The notes beneath the pieces are model-generated. The model was not told the DNA's origin. It searched no databases and saw nothing but the letters and a program-made list of their open reading frames with translations. Positions 1-13,049 of a DNA stretch of 64,000 bases are shown piece by piece. Both the position numbers and the translations under genes were made by a program. The stretch comes from Octopus vulgaris (lineage: Eukaryota), in contig OX597816.1 of assembly GCA_951406725.2 (NCBI GenBank), positions 163,494,001-163,558,000 on the forward strand, read 5' to 3'. Each line of letters starts with the position of its first letter. Within the stretch, counting starts at the first letter, position 1.

Positions 1-11
1 TAGAAATCATT

Positions 12-59
<48 letters not shown>

Positions 60-213
60 AAGCAGAATTTGTAGTGGCGGCAGCAGCAGCAGTAGTAGAA
101 GTACTAGTAGCAGCAGTAGCAACACCAGCAGCAGCTGTAGTGGCAGCAGCAGTAGCAACAGCAGTAGTAATAGTAGTAACAGCAGCAGCAGCAGCAGCAG
201 CAGTAGCAGTAGC

Positions 214-254
<41 letters not shown>

Positions 255-278
255 CAGTAGTGATAGTAGTAGTAGTGA

Positions 279-329
<51 letters not shown>

Positions 330-330
330 C

Positions 331-365
<35 letters not shown>

Positions 366-481
366 CAGCAGCAGTGGCAGCAGTGGCAGCAGCAGCAGTA
401 GCAGCAGTAGTAGTAGTAGCAGCAGCAGCAGTAGTGATAGTAGTAGTAGTGATAGTAGTAGTAGTAGTAGTAGTAGTAGTA
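12..481. repeat. Compound (TAG)n/(CAG)n trinucleotide microsatellite
   Basis: Directly visible; explains the poly-T/V/Y ORFs. Confidence 0.97.
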
Positions 482-1016
482 TAGCAGCAAGAGCAGCTGC
501 ACACGGCCAGCCAGCATCCAGGGATGTTGATTGTACCTGACATCAATAAAACCGAGTCGAATTACCTTGGAGATTTGCATGACACGTCACTTCCTGTTAA
601 GATTTCAGACGTAATCTTAGTGGTGCAAGTAGTTTTGGCGGTAGCGGCAGCGGCGGCGGTGATGGTGGTGGTGGTGGTGGTGGTGTTGCAAAGAGATATG
701 TGTGTGTCTGTATCAAGTGGTAGTTCGGTGGGGGATTCGGGGTTGCAGTTTGTGATTATCGTTCTTTTTTGTAAGCAAATGAAGCTGATGGTGGTGGTGG
801 TGGTGGTGGTGGTGGTGGTGACGATGGTCGTAATACTAGAGACAGTAAAAGCGGGAGGCGGTTAAAATGCATATTGCATAGTTGCACAGACAATATAAGT
901 CATATACATACATATGCGCGCGCGCGTGTGTGTGTGTATAAACACTCACAGATACACATGAATATATACAAACAAATACACACACAGCTAGATATATGTG
1001 TGTGACTGTTCATATC

Positions 1017-1107
<91 letters not shown>

Positions 1108-1607
1108 AAAATGAGGGTGAAAAAATTGGATGTTAATTTAATAACATCAATTTAAATACCAGTGGTCTAGCGCATAAAAGACTGAGATTCAGTAAAGACT
1201 ATATATATATATATATATATATATTTATACATACGTCACCATGGAAAAGTACTCAATATATAATTTAGAATGTGATTATTTCATTAGTAATGGAAGATTC
1301 TTGAATCGTGACTGAGTTTCAAGTGTCAGGCCATTAAATCAATTGACGTAAGAAAACAGCGTGACAATACATAAGCAAAAATATTCACAAGTACATCGAT
1401 ATTTGATCTATTAGCAAAACAAGTTTTAGAAAATGCATGTGTGTGTGAGTGAGTGTGTTCAGAATATTTGAAATATATAACATCATCATTCATTTCCGTG
1501 TTGTTTTAATGTCTTTACCATGAGTATAAGAGTGAGTCCTGTTATTGAAGTTTTTGTATTGATGAATAATTGAGCTTTTTTTTTAAGCTAAGCGTATGAC
1601 CATATTA

Positions 1608-1810
1608 AGGCGGCGAACTAGCAAACTCGTTATCGCGGCAGAGAAAATGTTTTGCGGCATTTCGCTAAGCATTTGAGCTCAGGACGTTTTTATCTACTAA
1701 GTTCAAATTCCGCTGAAGTCGACTTTGCTTTCAGACTCGATAAAATAAATACCTTTAGAGCATATGACCCTCTCCTGAAAAAAATGTCTGGTGTTCTGCC
1801 AAAATTAGAA
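1608..1810 (+). mobile_element. SINE family B, degraded copy
   Basis: ggcggcgaactagca head and agttcaaattccgctgaagtcgactttgcttt match the other B copies. Confidence 0.7.
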
Positions 1811-2087
1811 AGAATTAATATTATTTGAGTGGCGAGCTGGAAAAATCCTAAGAGCGAAGGACAAAATTCTCAGCGTTATTTTTTCCCGCCACATCTTCTG
1901 TGCCTTTCGTATTATCCGGGGTGGATAAAATATGTAACAGCTGAACACTGGGATTAAGGTCATCCCCTTACTATTTTCTCCTACCCCGGATAAAAAAATA
2001 TCAGACTTTGTGCATGTAGCAGAAAGAATTACATGACTACGTTTCGGATATGATAAATTCATCATGCGAGAAACAATTTCCCAGTCG

Positions 2088-2467
2088 TGGCACTCCGCCG
2101 GTTACGAGGACGAGGGTTCCAGTTGATCTGATCAATGGAACAGCCGGCTCGTGAAATTAACGTGCAAGTGGCTGAGCACTCCACGGACACATGTACCCTG
2201 AACGTAGTTTTCGGGGGAGATTCAGCGTGGCACAGAGTGTAACAAAGCTGGCCCTTTGAAATACATGTACATCAGAAACAGGAAGAAAGAGTGAGAGAAA
2301 TTTATAGTGAAAGAATACAGCAGAGTTCGCCAACACTCCTGCCGGAGCTTCGTGGAGCTCTAGGTATTTTCGCTCAATAAACACTTACAACTCCTGGTCT
2401 GGGAATCCAAACCGCGACCCTGCAACCGCGAGTCCGCTTCCCTAACGACTGGGCCATTGTGCATCCA
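2088..2467 (-). mobile_element. SINE family C (tRNA-Arg-like head), near full length
   Basis: Collinear with copies at 45381, 48686 and 54551; reverse strand has A-box-like cccagtcgttaggg and B-box-like ggtttggattccc. Confidence 0.9.
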
Positions 2468-2599
2468 TTTCTCAATACATAGTCTGAAAATTGGAAAAAG
2501 TTGTAGCAAAATTGCTACTTCTCCGAGAGACAGGGCGCGCATCTTCAAGGGCCAGTAAAAGAATACGCTCTTGACTATGAACCAACGAAAGGTATCAGT

Positions 2600-2725
2600 A
2601 TTATCGTTAATGGTGTGAATCAACAGCCTTGATACCGGACCACAACCAGTTTCCTTACATATCGATAATCATTCTTACAAACCTTGCTGTTCCCAATACA
2701 GCAGGTTTTTTAATCAATGCAACTG
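2600..2725 (-). mobile_element. Dong/R4-type (RLE) LINE 3' fragment
   Basis: Minus strand reads VALIKKPAVLGTARFVRMIIDM*, matching the QK.A.LGTARI.R.VL C-terminus of RLE LINEs. Confidence 0.65.
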
Positions 2726-2759
2726 ATTAATGTATTATTTTTGTATCTATATTCGTGTA

Positions 2760-3002
2760 ACATCGTCCGTTTTTCCGTCCTTATTTCGTATACTATCGAA
2801 GCTTTTTTTCCAAGGAATCTAATGCTCTTAACTTAGTTTTTCCTTGGGGCTGGCCAGATTGGGGCAATCTCAAGATTAATCAGCCGAAATTGCGAGGATG
2901 ATCCGGTTCGTGACTGAAGATTAGAGGCTTCGAATGATCTGTCCGTGTTTTTTCTATCGTCTATCTGGATGTTTTGTGTTCTTGTCCTATTTTGTATTTT
3001 TT

Positions 3003-3004
<2 letters not shown>
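2760..3004 (+). mobile_element. Interspersed repeat, probably a Penelope-like terminal fragment ending in (TA)n
   Basis: 2833-2875 matches the reverse complement of about 22245-22287; abuts (TA)n. Family assignment is inference. Confidence 0.45.
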
Positions 3005-3046
<42 letters not shown>

Positions 3047-3132
3047 CGGCGTACGTACACTTTGTTCTCTTATGTGTAAGTATACATTTCACTATACATA
3101 TATATATATTTATATATACATATATATTTATA

Positions 3133-3205
<73 letters not shown>

Positions 3206-3514
3206 GTATAAGGGTGGAGCATGAATGTATACATGTATGTAGGCATAAATAGATAGACAGACAGACAGACAAACAGATAGAAAGATCGACGAAAGTTTTC
3301 TCAAAGGTACAGAGGTCACTCATCACAGTTGTTTAAATTTCAATGGCGTTGCTTTGTTTCTTTAAAGATCACCATGTTTTTTTTTCTTTTTACTTATAGA
3401 ATTCTTCAAGAACAAATCTAATCTATATATGTACACATGTATGCATATATATATATATATGTACATATATGCACATATGCATGTATATATATATAGATAG
3501 ATGTGTGTGCACCT

Positions 3515-3563
<49 letters not shown>

Positions 3564-4159
3564 TACATACATATGTATATACATACATATGCACAACACA
3601 AGAATGTGTGTTCTAGTTGAACAATAGAGTACGTGACAAGCTGTATACATCAATACATCAATACATGCTTCCTCCAACATTTGCTATTATATATAAAATA
3701 GAAGGCACAATGCAATTTCTATGAAGTCTTATGTTCTAATTCTCTCCGCGATCAATGCAGACGTTTACAATAATTGTCTCGAAAACAACATATCCAAGAT
3801 ATATTGATATTTTTAATGAGATATATTTATGTGATTGTGTGATGATCATGCTGTGATGTTCATGCTACAGGCATTTTTAACACAGGAAGTAAATCTTACT
3901 ATTTACTGAAATTTCATAAATGAGATTTTGACTATATCGCGCATGCTTTCTTAATGCATACAAAATGTGAATTTAAAATAAGTTCTCACTTGTTTTCAAA
4001 GTATTGAACAGGCGTTTAAGAGTGAAGAAGTCAAGCGCCTGCTGAGCCTCTGTCTTCGTTCTGTTTCCAATCGTTTTTCTTTAAATTTTTTTCTCACGTG
4101 ATATTCTCGTGTGATTTTCTTGCAGCTGTTGATTATTATCATTATCATTACTATCATTG

Positions 4160-4297
<138 letters not shown>

Positions 4298-4748
4298 GAG
4301 TGAGAGAGCAGTTCATGCCATCAAAGTGACACTAGGGTAAAATATACGAAGCCCAATATACCCATCATGACGACCCGTCTGATAAGGGTACACCAGGCAC
4401 ATGCATCACAACCATATGTGCGTGACATGGTGATCTCATATCAAGATAAACAGCACATGACCTTGCAGGTGGGGCCCAGCTAGAATTTTCTTCAGGTTGA
4501 GTAGCCCATCCCGCTCAAAAGGTCCCTGAATAAGGGTTGTTTAAGGATGTTGAAAGAATCACCCATGTTTCCAGAGGTGAATTATTTAAACCCCAAAGAA
4601 TCCCTCTCAACACATGGCTATGATGTTCCCCCACTACTTCTGCTCGTGATCAGAGATGCACATATCGTCAGCCACTAAGGGACATGCTCAACTGGTTAAG
4701 GTCAAACAACTGACAAGCAAATCTGTGGTATTGAGCAGAATATTTGCT

Positions 4749-4750
<2 letters not shown>
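4298..4750 (-). mobile_element. Probable 5'-truncated LINE 3'UTR embedded in an (ATT)n array
   Basis: 450 bp complex sequence flanked on both sides by (ATT)n; no ORF remnant seen, so family is unassigned. Confidence 0.5.
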
Positions 4751-4783
<33 letters not shown>

Positions 4784-5100
4784 ACTCACTGACAACACCA
4801 CCCCAATTTTCCTGATCCTGTGCTAAATTTTGAAGCCATGTGTTCAAATGCCTCTGAGGTCGACTTTTGAAGTCGATAAAATAAGTACCAGTTGCGAACT
4901 GGGGTCGATGTAAAAGGCTTATCTCTTCCCGCGAATTTGCTTCGTCTTCTTCTTCTTCTTCTTCTCCCCCTCCTCCTCCCCTCCTCCTCCATCTCCCCTT
5001 CTCCTCCTCCTCCTCCTCCTCCTCCTCCTCCTCCTCCTCCTTCTTCTTCTTCTTCTTCTTCTTCTTCTTCTTCTTCTTCTTCTTCTTCTTCTTCTTCTTC

Positions 5101-5170
5101 CCTACCAAGAATTCACAACGACCTCGAACCTCCAAGAGTAAACAAGAGAGACAGAAACAGGCAGAAACAA
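5101..5170 (-). mobile_element. Short retroposon 3' end with (GAA)n tail
   Basis: Close match to 33231-33308 in the opposite orientation; both abut (GAA)n at the same end. Confidence 0.6.
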
Positions 5171-5199
5171 GGAAAATGCCCCTTGTATTTGCAACTATG

Positions 5200-5655
5200 G
5201 TGTGGAGGTAACAAAATGTCGGCTGCCCTCAAACAGTTGATATCCTTCATTCAGATTTCGAGAAACTCGGCGGAGGATTCGTGCAGTTCGAAGCACCACT
5301 CTCTTCCGTAGACGCCCTATCTTTACATTTACTCCCATCTTTTCAAACCAGTTCGCGAGCTCCATGCTTATAGTTCCCAGGACTCCAACAGCAACAGGTT
5401 GAACGCCTTCTTTTTTCAATAACCATAATCTTTTCATCTTCCACTTCAAAGGATCATATCTGACCTACTTTTCCTCTCTTTCCAATACTCTCTCATCCCC
5501 AGGATATTTAATATCTTTTATTAAACAGGGTTTTTCTCTCTTTATTCACAACCGCTATATCTGTCTTTCGATGTTCAATATCACGATCACCCTATCATCG
5601 TATCTTTACTTTCTCATTCTCGATTACTGATTTTGGGTTTTGTCCATACCACATC
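5200..5655 (-). mobile_element. Dong/R4-type LINE remnant, restriction-like endonuclease domain (decayed)
   Basis: Across frameshifts: WYGQNPKSVIENEKVKI / IEHRKTDIAVVNKERK / DIKYPGDERV / RYDPLKWKMKRLW / PVAVGVLGTI / LRTARILRRV. Confidence 0.88.
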
Positions 5656-5771
5656 TTTGATTTATTCCAATTTTTTGAAGTATGCAATTATTTATTGGAA
5701 TGAACAGAAACATAGATAAGCTTTATTTGACTTCATATATATATATAACAATGATAAATCTCAGAGCGAGT

Positions 5772-6262
<491 letters not shown>

Positions 6263-6277
6263 TACATATATATATAA

Positions 6278-6500
6278 GCAACACTCAAAACATTCCAAAT
6301 GTGACCGCGTGTGTATCATTGGCGATTTCTTTCCTCCGTCTCCCCTTCCTTGGATCTTTCCTTTTCCTATGTTTCTGACGAAGAGCTCTGCTCGAAACGT
6401 TAAATCCTCCTTCTTTCTTTCCTTTCCTGAGCGTCCAATAACACTAAACTTGTTCCACGTCCTCGCATTGTGTTTTCTCTTTGTGTTTTCATGTTTGGAT

Positions 6501-6504
<4 letters not shown>
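6278..6504 (+). mobile_element. Penelope-like pseudo-LTR remnant inside (TA)n
   Basis: Second copy at 52118-52324 with the same 3' end (tttggattaac + (TA)n); carries a minimal hammerhead motif. Confidence 0.7.
6371..6405 (+). ncRNA. Minimal type I hammerhead ribozyme motif
   Basis: GTTT-CTGACGA-A-GAGC(TCT)GCTC-GAAA-CGTT-AAAT: core, helix II, palindromic ACGT helix III and 4-bp helix I. Confidence 0.65.
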
Positions 6505-6531
<27 letters not shown>

Positions 6532-7090
6532 CCTTTTATTCTTTTATTCGTTTATGCATTTCAGCCCCAAAGCTGTGGCCATGCTGGAGCATCACCAGAG
6601 CATTACGTTTTTAATGGCCATTCATATGCGATTGGCTTCTGGCGACAGAGTGAGTTCGATACCGCTGCCCTATTTTGAATTCCCTGCCCTGATATTCGTT
6701 CATCTGGGACCTTGGATAGCAAGAGGTCACGTTGTTTCTTGAAAACCCCACGTGTATCACTCAGATATTTTGGTGGAGTATTAAATAGCTGTGGTCCCTT
6801 GAATCCCAAGCCGTCGCAGTATATGGTCCCCACTCTAGACGGAATACCAGAGACATTTGGGACAGTGCTGTAAGTCCAGTTGGGGGTTAGTATAGCTCAT
6901 TATACCAAACTTTGGTGGCAACCCCTCTTGGATTTTCCCTACGTGTATCACTGTATATCTTTCTCGTCTCCGTTCCAGGGGGTGGAATTGTAGCTATTTC
7001 AGTTTCAGCCAGTAGCTCAGGTGTTCAATTGATGTAGTCTTCCTGGTGTAGAATCACTGTACTGCTTCAACTTCCGCTATTAATTTCACA
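6532..7090 (-). mobile_element. CR1-like LINE 3' end (ORF2 C-terminus + 3'UTR), decayed
   Basis: IEHLSYW / ERRRERY / GFKGPQLFNTPPKYL / FKKQRDLLLSKVPDE / RAAVSNSL; stop at 6603, then stem-loop and aataaaag tail. Confidence 0.82.
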
Positions 7091-7322
7091 CTATGGGGTG
7101 TCGCACAGCGGGACTGAACCTGATATGGTGTGGTTGGAAAACAGAGCGCACAACGTTAAATTATGTATATGTGTGTGTATATAGATATGTGTATGTATGT
7201 GTGTATGTGAGCGTGTGTGCGTGTGTATGCATTTATGTGTATAGTGATTGATAGGTAAATAGATATGTATATAAATATGCATCTACATATTTATAAGTAT
7301 GTATATGATATAATATAATATA

Positions 7323-7368
<46 letters not shown>

Positions 7369-7369
<1 letters not shown>

Positions 7370-7735
7370 GAGCAAAACGTCCCCCGTCCAATGGACGGTG
7401 CTGTGTTGTCAAACATTTAAACCAAATTTTCTCAAAACAACTTACCCGACCGTCCCATAGGCCCCCTCCTTTGAGAAACACTGATTTAACCTAAATTTGA
7501 GACACCAGCAAAAGAAGAAATAAAGATAGACCTTTTTCTATTCCAAAGAAAAACAATTTTATTCACTTTATCGATCGCATTCTCACCTGGAATCGATTTT
7601 TGTAATTTTTTCACAACTTATACACGACCTGATACCGTCGATATCTACATATCAAATTTGAGTGCAATCAGATGGAGGATGCCCGAGATCCTAGAAGACA
7701 CACACAGACAGACAGAACGGATTTTATATAATATA
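7369..7735 (-). mobile_element. Non-autonomous Helitron-like element
   Basis: Collinear with 46144-46518; subterminal hairpin ccgtcc-aat-ggacgg; (ctgt)n near the 5' end. Confidence 0.7.
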
Positions 7736-7763
7736 TATATTATATAATATATATATATATATA

Positions 7764-8180
7764 GGCGCAGGAGTGGCTGTGTGGTAAGTAGCTTGCTAAC
7801 CAACCACATGGTTCCGGGTTCAGTCCCACTGCGTGGCATCTTGGGCAAGTGTCTTCTGCTATAGCCCCGGGCCGACTAATGCCTTGTGAATGGATTTGGT
7901 AGACGGAAACTGAAAGAAGCCTGTCGTATATATGTATATATATGTATGTGTATGTGTGTTTGTGTGTGTGTGTGTGTGTGTTTGTCCCCCTAGCATTGCT
8001 TGACAACCGATGCTAGTGTGTTTACGTCCCCGTTACCTAGCGGTTCGGCAAAAAGAGACCGATAGAATAAGTACTGGGCTTACAAAAAGAATAAGTCCCG
8101 GGATCGATTTGCTCGACTAAAGGCTGTGCTCCAGCATGGCCGCAGTCAAATGACTGAAACGAGTAAAAGAGTAAAAGAGT
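7764..8180 (+). mobile_element. SINE family A, full length (tRNA-like head, internal TA/TG microsatellite, gtaaaaga tail)
   Basis: A-box tggctgtgtgg, B-box-like ggttcagtccc; about 20 copies in the window; extra 3' fragment at 8259-8337. Confidence 0.93.
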
Positions 8181-8335
8181 ATACATATCTGTCTCTCTCA
8201 GAGTGAAAAGCTGTATGATGCTTGTGTATGAACAGCAATGCTACATGATAGTGGAATGCATAAGTCCCGGGGTCGATTTGCTCGACTAAAGGCGGTGCTC
8301 CAGCATGACCGCAGTCAAATGACTGAAACAAGTAA

Positions 8336-8407
<72 letters not shown>

Positions 8408-8711
8408 CTAGGGAGACAGACAGACGCACGGACAGGGAAAGACAGAAAAAGAGACAGAGCTACAAAGCAGATCCCATTTTCTGTTCTGTGACAAGGAAAA
8501 AGGGTTCATTCTCAATTATGTGCGTAACATTATAACTCGTACTGAGTGAAAGCTAGCCGCGGGCAGAAAATAAAATTTAACGACACACACACACGCATGC
8601 ACGCACATACGCATACATACATTTATTATTTATATGCAATACGTAGAAATTTATATATTTGTATATTTTATATATTTATATATTTATACATCTTATATAT
8701 CTATACGCATA

Positions 8712-8746
<35 letters not shown>

Positions 8747-8844
8747 TATGATATCCAAGCGCTCAATCTTATTTGCACACTCACTTATTCACAAATGCAT
8801 GTGAGCAAGGCTATCCGGTGACACTACAAAAATACATACATAGT

Positions 8845-8917
<73 letters not shown>

Positions 8918-9225
8918 GTATGGTGTATGTATGTATACGGTTACTACATGTGCTTGCACACAAATAAGTCGCTCGCAGTTCCTGCACCTCCTGAGGCTAT
9001 CTGACGAACGGGGAAGTAAGCTTAGACGCAGCACTGCTTATTAAAATCACAAGTCCATCAAGTATATTTAATGAATATTTTATGCAAATTCATGGAACAC
9101 GCACGACTCTGTGTTTCCTTGTCTCTGCTTTAATGGCGAATGTATTTACATAGAATCAGCATGTAATCATGCATGCACACATACATATATATATATATGT
9201 GAGTGTGTGTGCATGTGTACATATG

Positions 9226-9288
<63 letters not shown>

Positions 9289-9301
9289 TTACAAACATAT
9301 A

Positions 9302-9335
<34 letters not shown>

Positions 9336-9341
9336 TGTGTT

Positions 9342-9380
<39 letters not shown>

Positions 9381-9532
9381 GCACGCATACACATAAAGAT
9401 ATATACCTATGCATATAAACAAGTACATACATAAATACCTATACATGCGTATAAATATGTATCCCATACAGGCATACTTCAATACATACAACGCATATGT
9501 GGATGTGTTTGTAATATGTGTGAGTATGTGAT

Positions 9533-9584
<52 letters not shown>

Positions 9585-10199
9585 TGTGTGTACGTGTGTG
9601 AGAGAGAAATGAAGAAACAGACAGAAAGTTAGAAAATGCGTGAGAGAGACAGTGTAAGAGATCTTTCGGTTTATGTGTGTCTGTATGCATACTCGTGTGA
9701 GTATAGAAAATGTATGTATGTGTGTGTGCATATATGTATGTGTGATATATTTATACAGTCATCATATTAGTGCAGGCGAAATCCTTGATTAAAAGTACAA
9801 GAAATCGATATATGTGTGTGATTGATAGTATGTGTGTGTGTGCGCGTGTGTATATATATGAATGAGTGTGCGAGCTTTTATATGTGATTGTGTGTATGTA
9901 CGCCTCTATATTGTCAGAGTCAATGCGTGCACACACACACATGTATATATAACAACTGCTGCACTAAGATCCGCATTACTTAGTCCGTGGAAAGAAAACA
10001 GTCCGTATCGTCAGGTGTTTAGGACTCAGCTATTTTGAGAATGATTCAGTTATGTCAGCGACCTTGGTTCTTCATTACCTGCTCCACATCGTGCAGCAGA
10101 CAAAAAAAGAATATTGTGATTTGATGACTTTGGTGAGGTATTATGTGCATACGAAACTTGAAGGAATGTAGTGCTGAACACTCCAGTTATTAAATGCAT

Positions 10200-10393
10200 A
10201 CAAATCTAAACAAACGCGTTGAGTGATACTTTGCTTATATATGTATATATATGCCGTGGTGTTGCAAAATTTGATTTGTGCATATTAATTTACGTTATGT
10301 TCCTTATATTGTATTAAAATTTCATGTATTCATTTGTAAAGTTAAGGATGTTATTACAAATTGAAACCCCTCGGTGACTTTTGGGATACCCTG
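10200..10393 (+). mobile_element. Tc1/mariner-type terminal fragment
   Basis: Ends ttttgggataccctg + TA, a typical TA-CAGGGT TIR; the partner TIR was not found. Confidence 0.4.
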
Positions 10394-10417
10394 TATACAC
10401 ACACGCACACATATATT

Positions 10418-10812
10418 ATTCTTTTACTCTTTTACTTAGTTCCATCATTTGACTGCGGCCATGCTGGAGCACCGCCTTTAGTCGAGCAAATCGACCCCAT
10501 CTTTGTAAGCATAGTACTTATTCTATCGGTCTTATTTGCCGAACCGCTAAGTTACGGGGACGTAAACACACCAGCATCGGTTGACAATCGATGTTGGAGA
10601 GACAAACACAGACACACAAACATATACACACATATACATATATATGTACACATATTCGAGGGCTTCTTTCAGTTTCCGTCTACCAAATCCACTCACAAGG
10701 CTTTGGTCGGCCCGAGGCTATAGTAGAAGACAATTGCCCAAAGTGCCACGCAGTGGGACTGAACCTAGAACCATGTGGTTGGCAAGAAAGCTACTTACCA
10801 CACAGTCACTCC
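10418..10812 (-). mobile_element. SINE family A
   Basis: Reverse complement of 7764-8180. Confidence 0.92.
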
Positions 10813-11376
10813 AGGTTCACAGTGACTTCCAAGCGGGTCCTCTGTCGGTTTCGACGAGGAGTATTCTGCTGTTCAATCAATTGAACTACTGGCTAAAGGA
10901 ATATGCCAGTGGCTAGACACACCTGCCTTTAACTTCACGCCAAATTCGAAACAGTCTGATACGATGTGTGACAAGACCAGCCTCTTAAATTGCAGATACA
11001 ATGCACAATGTATCATTTAAGCTTCAGTACAATTTCCATTTGCCTAGTGTCCATTTTAGGTTATTTCAAATGACGTTTTTCATAAGGTAGACTCGAACCC
11101 GGGTTCGCGTGATTGCGATGCAAATTTCTTAGGAAATGGGTCATGCCTGCAAGTATACTGATATGGATGAATGGATGGAATTATGGAAGAATGGCTTGCT
11201 GGCTGGCTGGCTGCCTGCCTGCCTGCCTGGCGGGCTTGCTGGCTGGCTGGCTGGCTGGCTGGTTCGACATGTTATGTGTGTATATAAGCACGTTGAAATG
11301 AATTATAAGCTAATATGATATATATTTACATTTAGACTGATGGGAACACACTTTTCAAAAGTTTCAATACGCACAC

Positions 11377-11449
<73 letters not shown>

Positions 11450-11569
11450 AAGAGAAAGGGGAGAAAGAGATAGATAAAGATATGAAGGTACGAGTATGTA
11501 TGAGATTATGCAAGTGCACATGAATATGGATGTGTAATGTACATTATGTATAATTTCTGTGTGAGTGTG

Positions 11570-11609
<40 letters not shown>

Positions 11610-11901
11610 GTGCGTGTATGTATGTATGTATGTATGTAAATATATTCAAAACCGTGATTGGTTGCGATTTGTTTTCTTTCTTTTTTTTTTTTTTTTTTTG
11701 TTATACGTGGTTGCGAATGCGTGAATTTTCTTTCCTTATCTCATATTACCATCTTTCACATGAATCATTGCACTCCTCTTCCTGCTTCTCTTCTCTCTGC
11801 CTCCTTTCTCTGTCTCTCTCTCTCCCTCTCCCTCTGAATCTATCCAACATCTCTCTCCTATACACACACCAACACGCCCATACATACATGCATACATACA
11901 T

Positions 11902-11959
<58 letters not shown>

Positions 11960-11964
11960 ATGTA

Positions 11965-12035
<71 letters not shown>

Positions 12036-12183
12036 ATAGTTGTCGATCTTTTTCTATTCCATTGTTCTTGTTCGCTATTGTTCTTATTTTCCATTTCAAC
12101 CATTAATCTATTGTTAGTTTAATATTTACCTCTCACCGCCACTCAACTCTTTCCTTCTCTTTTCAAAGCTCTTCGTCGCCTTC

Positions 12184-12223
<40 letters not shown>

Positions 12224-13008
12224 CTCTTTGTTTCTCTGGCCCTCTTTTAAACCAATCCCTTTTATCTTTGCCGCTCTCTTTCTACTTCACGTAGTGTGAC
12301 GTAATATTCAAAACATTTTTATGCTTAGTTTCACATCGGAATCTAAAATGGTTGTTCCATCAATTCATGAGAGGTGATTTTAGTCAATAAATTTATTAAT
12401 AACAACGATTTCTTCATTAGAGTTTATTACATCAACTGTAAACCTCTCCAATTTTTGAAGGAGAAGATTCCTATCGATATATAATCGATAAATGATGCTT
12501 TTATTTCCATAGAATTCATATGTATATCAATACAATACAAACCCCGGTTGAATTTGAACTTGAAACTAAATGCTGCTTTAGTATCTTTAATGTTTCTCTC
12601 CATTGTCTGAGCTCCTTCAGCCAGAACGTCTTCGCTTTGTTTTGGTTTCCTTTCGGTTTTGTTTGGTTTTGCTATTTTCTTCCTTTTTTTTCTGTTTTTG
12701 TTTAGCAAAATATTGGAATTAACCTGAGTGCAATGCAGTCTGGCGTTGTAAAAATATTCTGCTTTCATTTAATTGGATGCTTTTCTTTATAGGTGTAAAA
12801 GAGGAGGAAAGGTAGCATCCATAGTGGTCGAAATTTATCCTCAGATTCCCATCCTGACTTGAGTGGTTGTAAGAGAGTGAACTCCGTTCAAGACATCCAA
12901 AGACCAAAGACGAATGGGTGATATTTAAGAACAGATTAACACTATTTCTCTCACACTCTCATTCTTTTCTCTCACTCATTCTCTCTCTCTCTCTTTCTCT
13001 TACACACA

Positions 13009-13049
<41 letters not shown>

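Noticed and set aside
7-865. Long poly-Thr/Val/Tyr ORFs, and the many YIYI, HTHT and CVCV ORFs throughout the window
   Set aside because: Translations of microsatellites, open in several frames, with no domain content
874-890. miR-153-like start ttgcatagt, and miR-184-like gacggagaac at 34980
   Set aside because: Matches stop after 9-10 nt and no precursor hairpin is evident
2880-2945. Hammerhead-like GAAA...CTGAAGA, also ctgacga at 9001 and ctaataa...gaaa near 31422
   Set aside because: I could not assemble the three helices and both cores convincingly
10591-10884. Recurrent peptide [27 protein letters not shown] in many ORFs, suggesting a gene family
   Set aside because: It is the antisense translation of SINE A; copies are broken by indels and stops
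12427-12768. 113-aa Lys-rich ORF in non-repetitive DNA
   Set aside because: Composition is driven by T-rich tracts on the plus strand; no recognisable motif or clear splice pair
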